NCBI GenBank assembly: GCA_963701965.1
Contig: OY969695.1
Location: 576,001-640,000 of the forward strand
DNA from: an uncultured Gemmatimonadales bacterium
GTDB taxonomy: Bacteria; Gemmatimonadota; Gemmatimonadetes; Gemmatimonadales; Gemmatimonadaceae
Direction: 5' to 3'
Length of the DNA stretch: 64,000 nucleotides
Position numbers and translations under genes: made by a program. The notes below the pieces were generated by a model. That model did no database searches. It saw only the letters and a list, made by a program, of their open reading frames with translations, and had not been told where the DNA came from. This document shows, in pieces, positions 63,594 to 64,000 of this stretch (positions are counted from its first letter, which is position 1; every line of letters starts with the position of its first letter).

Positions 63594-64000
63594 CCCCGCC
63601 ACACGATCCGCCAAATCCGGCCATGCAGGTCATCCGTCACATAGAGCGACCCATCGGGTCCCTCGGCGATGCCCACGGGCCGGTGCGCGGCCTCACTGGG
63701 ATCGTGGATCGGCTTGTCGCCGGCGAAGCCGTCGGCGAACGTCTCGAACTTGCCATCGGCCTTGCCATTCACCATGGGCACGAAGACGACACGGAACCCC
63801 GCTTGGGGGTCGGGCGCCCGATTCCACGATCCGTGGAACACGATGAACACGCCCTCGCTGTAGCGCTTCGGAAATGTGCCCTTGGTATAGAACATCGACG
63901 ACATCGGGGCCCAGTGCCCGGGGAACGCCGCGACCGGCTCCTGTTTCGACGCGCACCGTCCGATCTTGTGGCCGCCGTCACCGCCGTATTCCGGCGCCAG
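63590..64000 (-). CDS. PQQ-dependent sugar/sorbosone dehydrogenase family (C-terminal part)
   Basis: LAPEYGGDG, FPGHWAP, FHGSWNR, RPVGIAEGPDGSLYVTDD..GRIWR. Confidence 0.85.
   Translation of the reverse strand: MAPEYGGDGGHKIGRCASKQEPVAAFPGHWAPMSSMFYTKGTFPKRYSEGVFIVFHGSWNRAPDPQAGFRVVFVPMVNGKADGKFETFADGFAGDKPIHDPSEAAHRPVGIAEGPDGSLYVTDDLHGRIWRIVWRG

Overview
High-GC (roughly 70% by eye) bacterial chromosomal segment. The gene content looks Gemmatimonadota-like, which is an inference. Positions 1-40940 form one co-directional minus-strand run: tilS-hpt-ftsH-folP-cdaA, then yggS-divIVA-pnp-ileS-dksA-lspA-rluD, then an 18 kb signalling cluster, then tRNA-Val, a secreted TPR protein and the dcw genes rsmH-ftsL-ftsI-murE-murF-mraY-murD. 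The signalling cluster is the most unusual element. It is a chemosensory set (3 CheW, CheY, CheA, CheC, CheR, CheD, CheB) with no chemoreceptor gene. Inserted in its middle is a tightly coupled module: a giant TPR protein, two DUF4388(PATAN)-TPR proteins, three Roadblock/MglB proteins, an MglA GTPase, and a protein of two tandem DnaA-type AAA+ domains without DNA-binding domains. The right third is mixed metabolic and envelope DNA: lemA-htpX, a truncated phosphoribulokinase-like kinase, a peptidase/propeller/barrel surface protein, aceA behind a sigma54-like promoter, two ABC transporters, slt, infA with a divergent small structured RNA/peptide unit, icd/aceK, aroH, fpg, bstA and mug. Eight genes or sites carry single-base +1 frameshifts, five of them at the same CRAGA(A)TG motif, so they are most likely systematic sequencing errors. 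No CRISPR array, rRNA gene or mobile element was seen.
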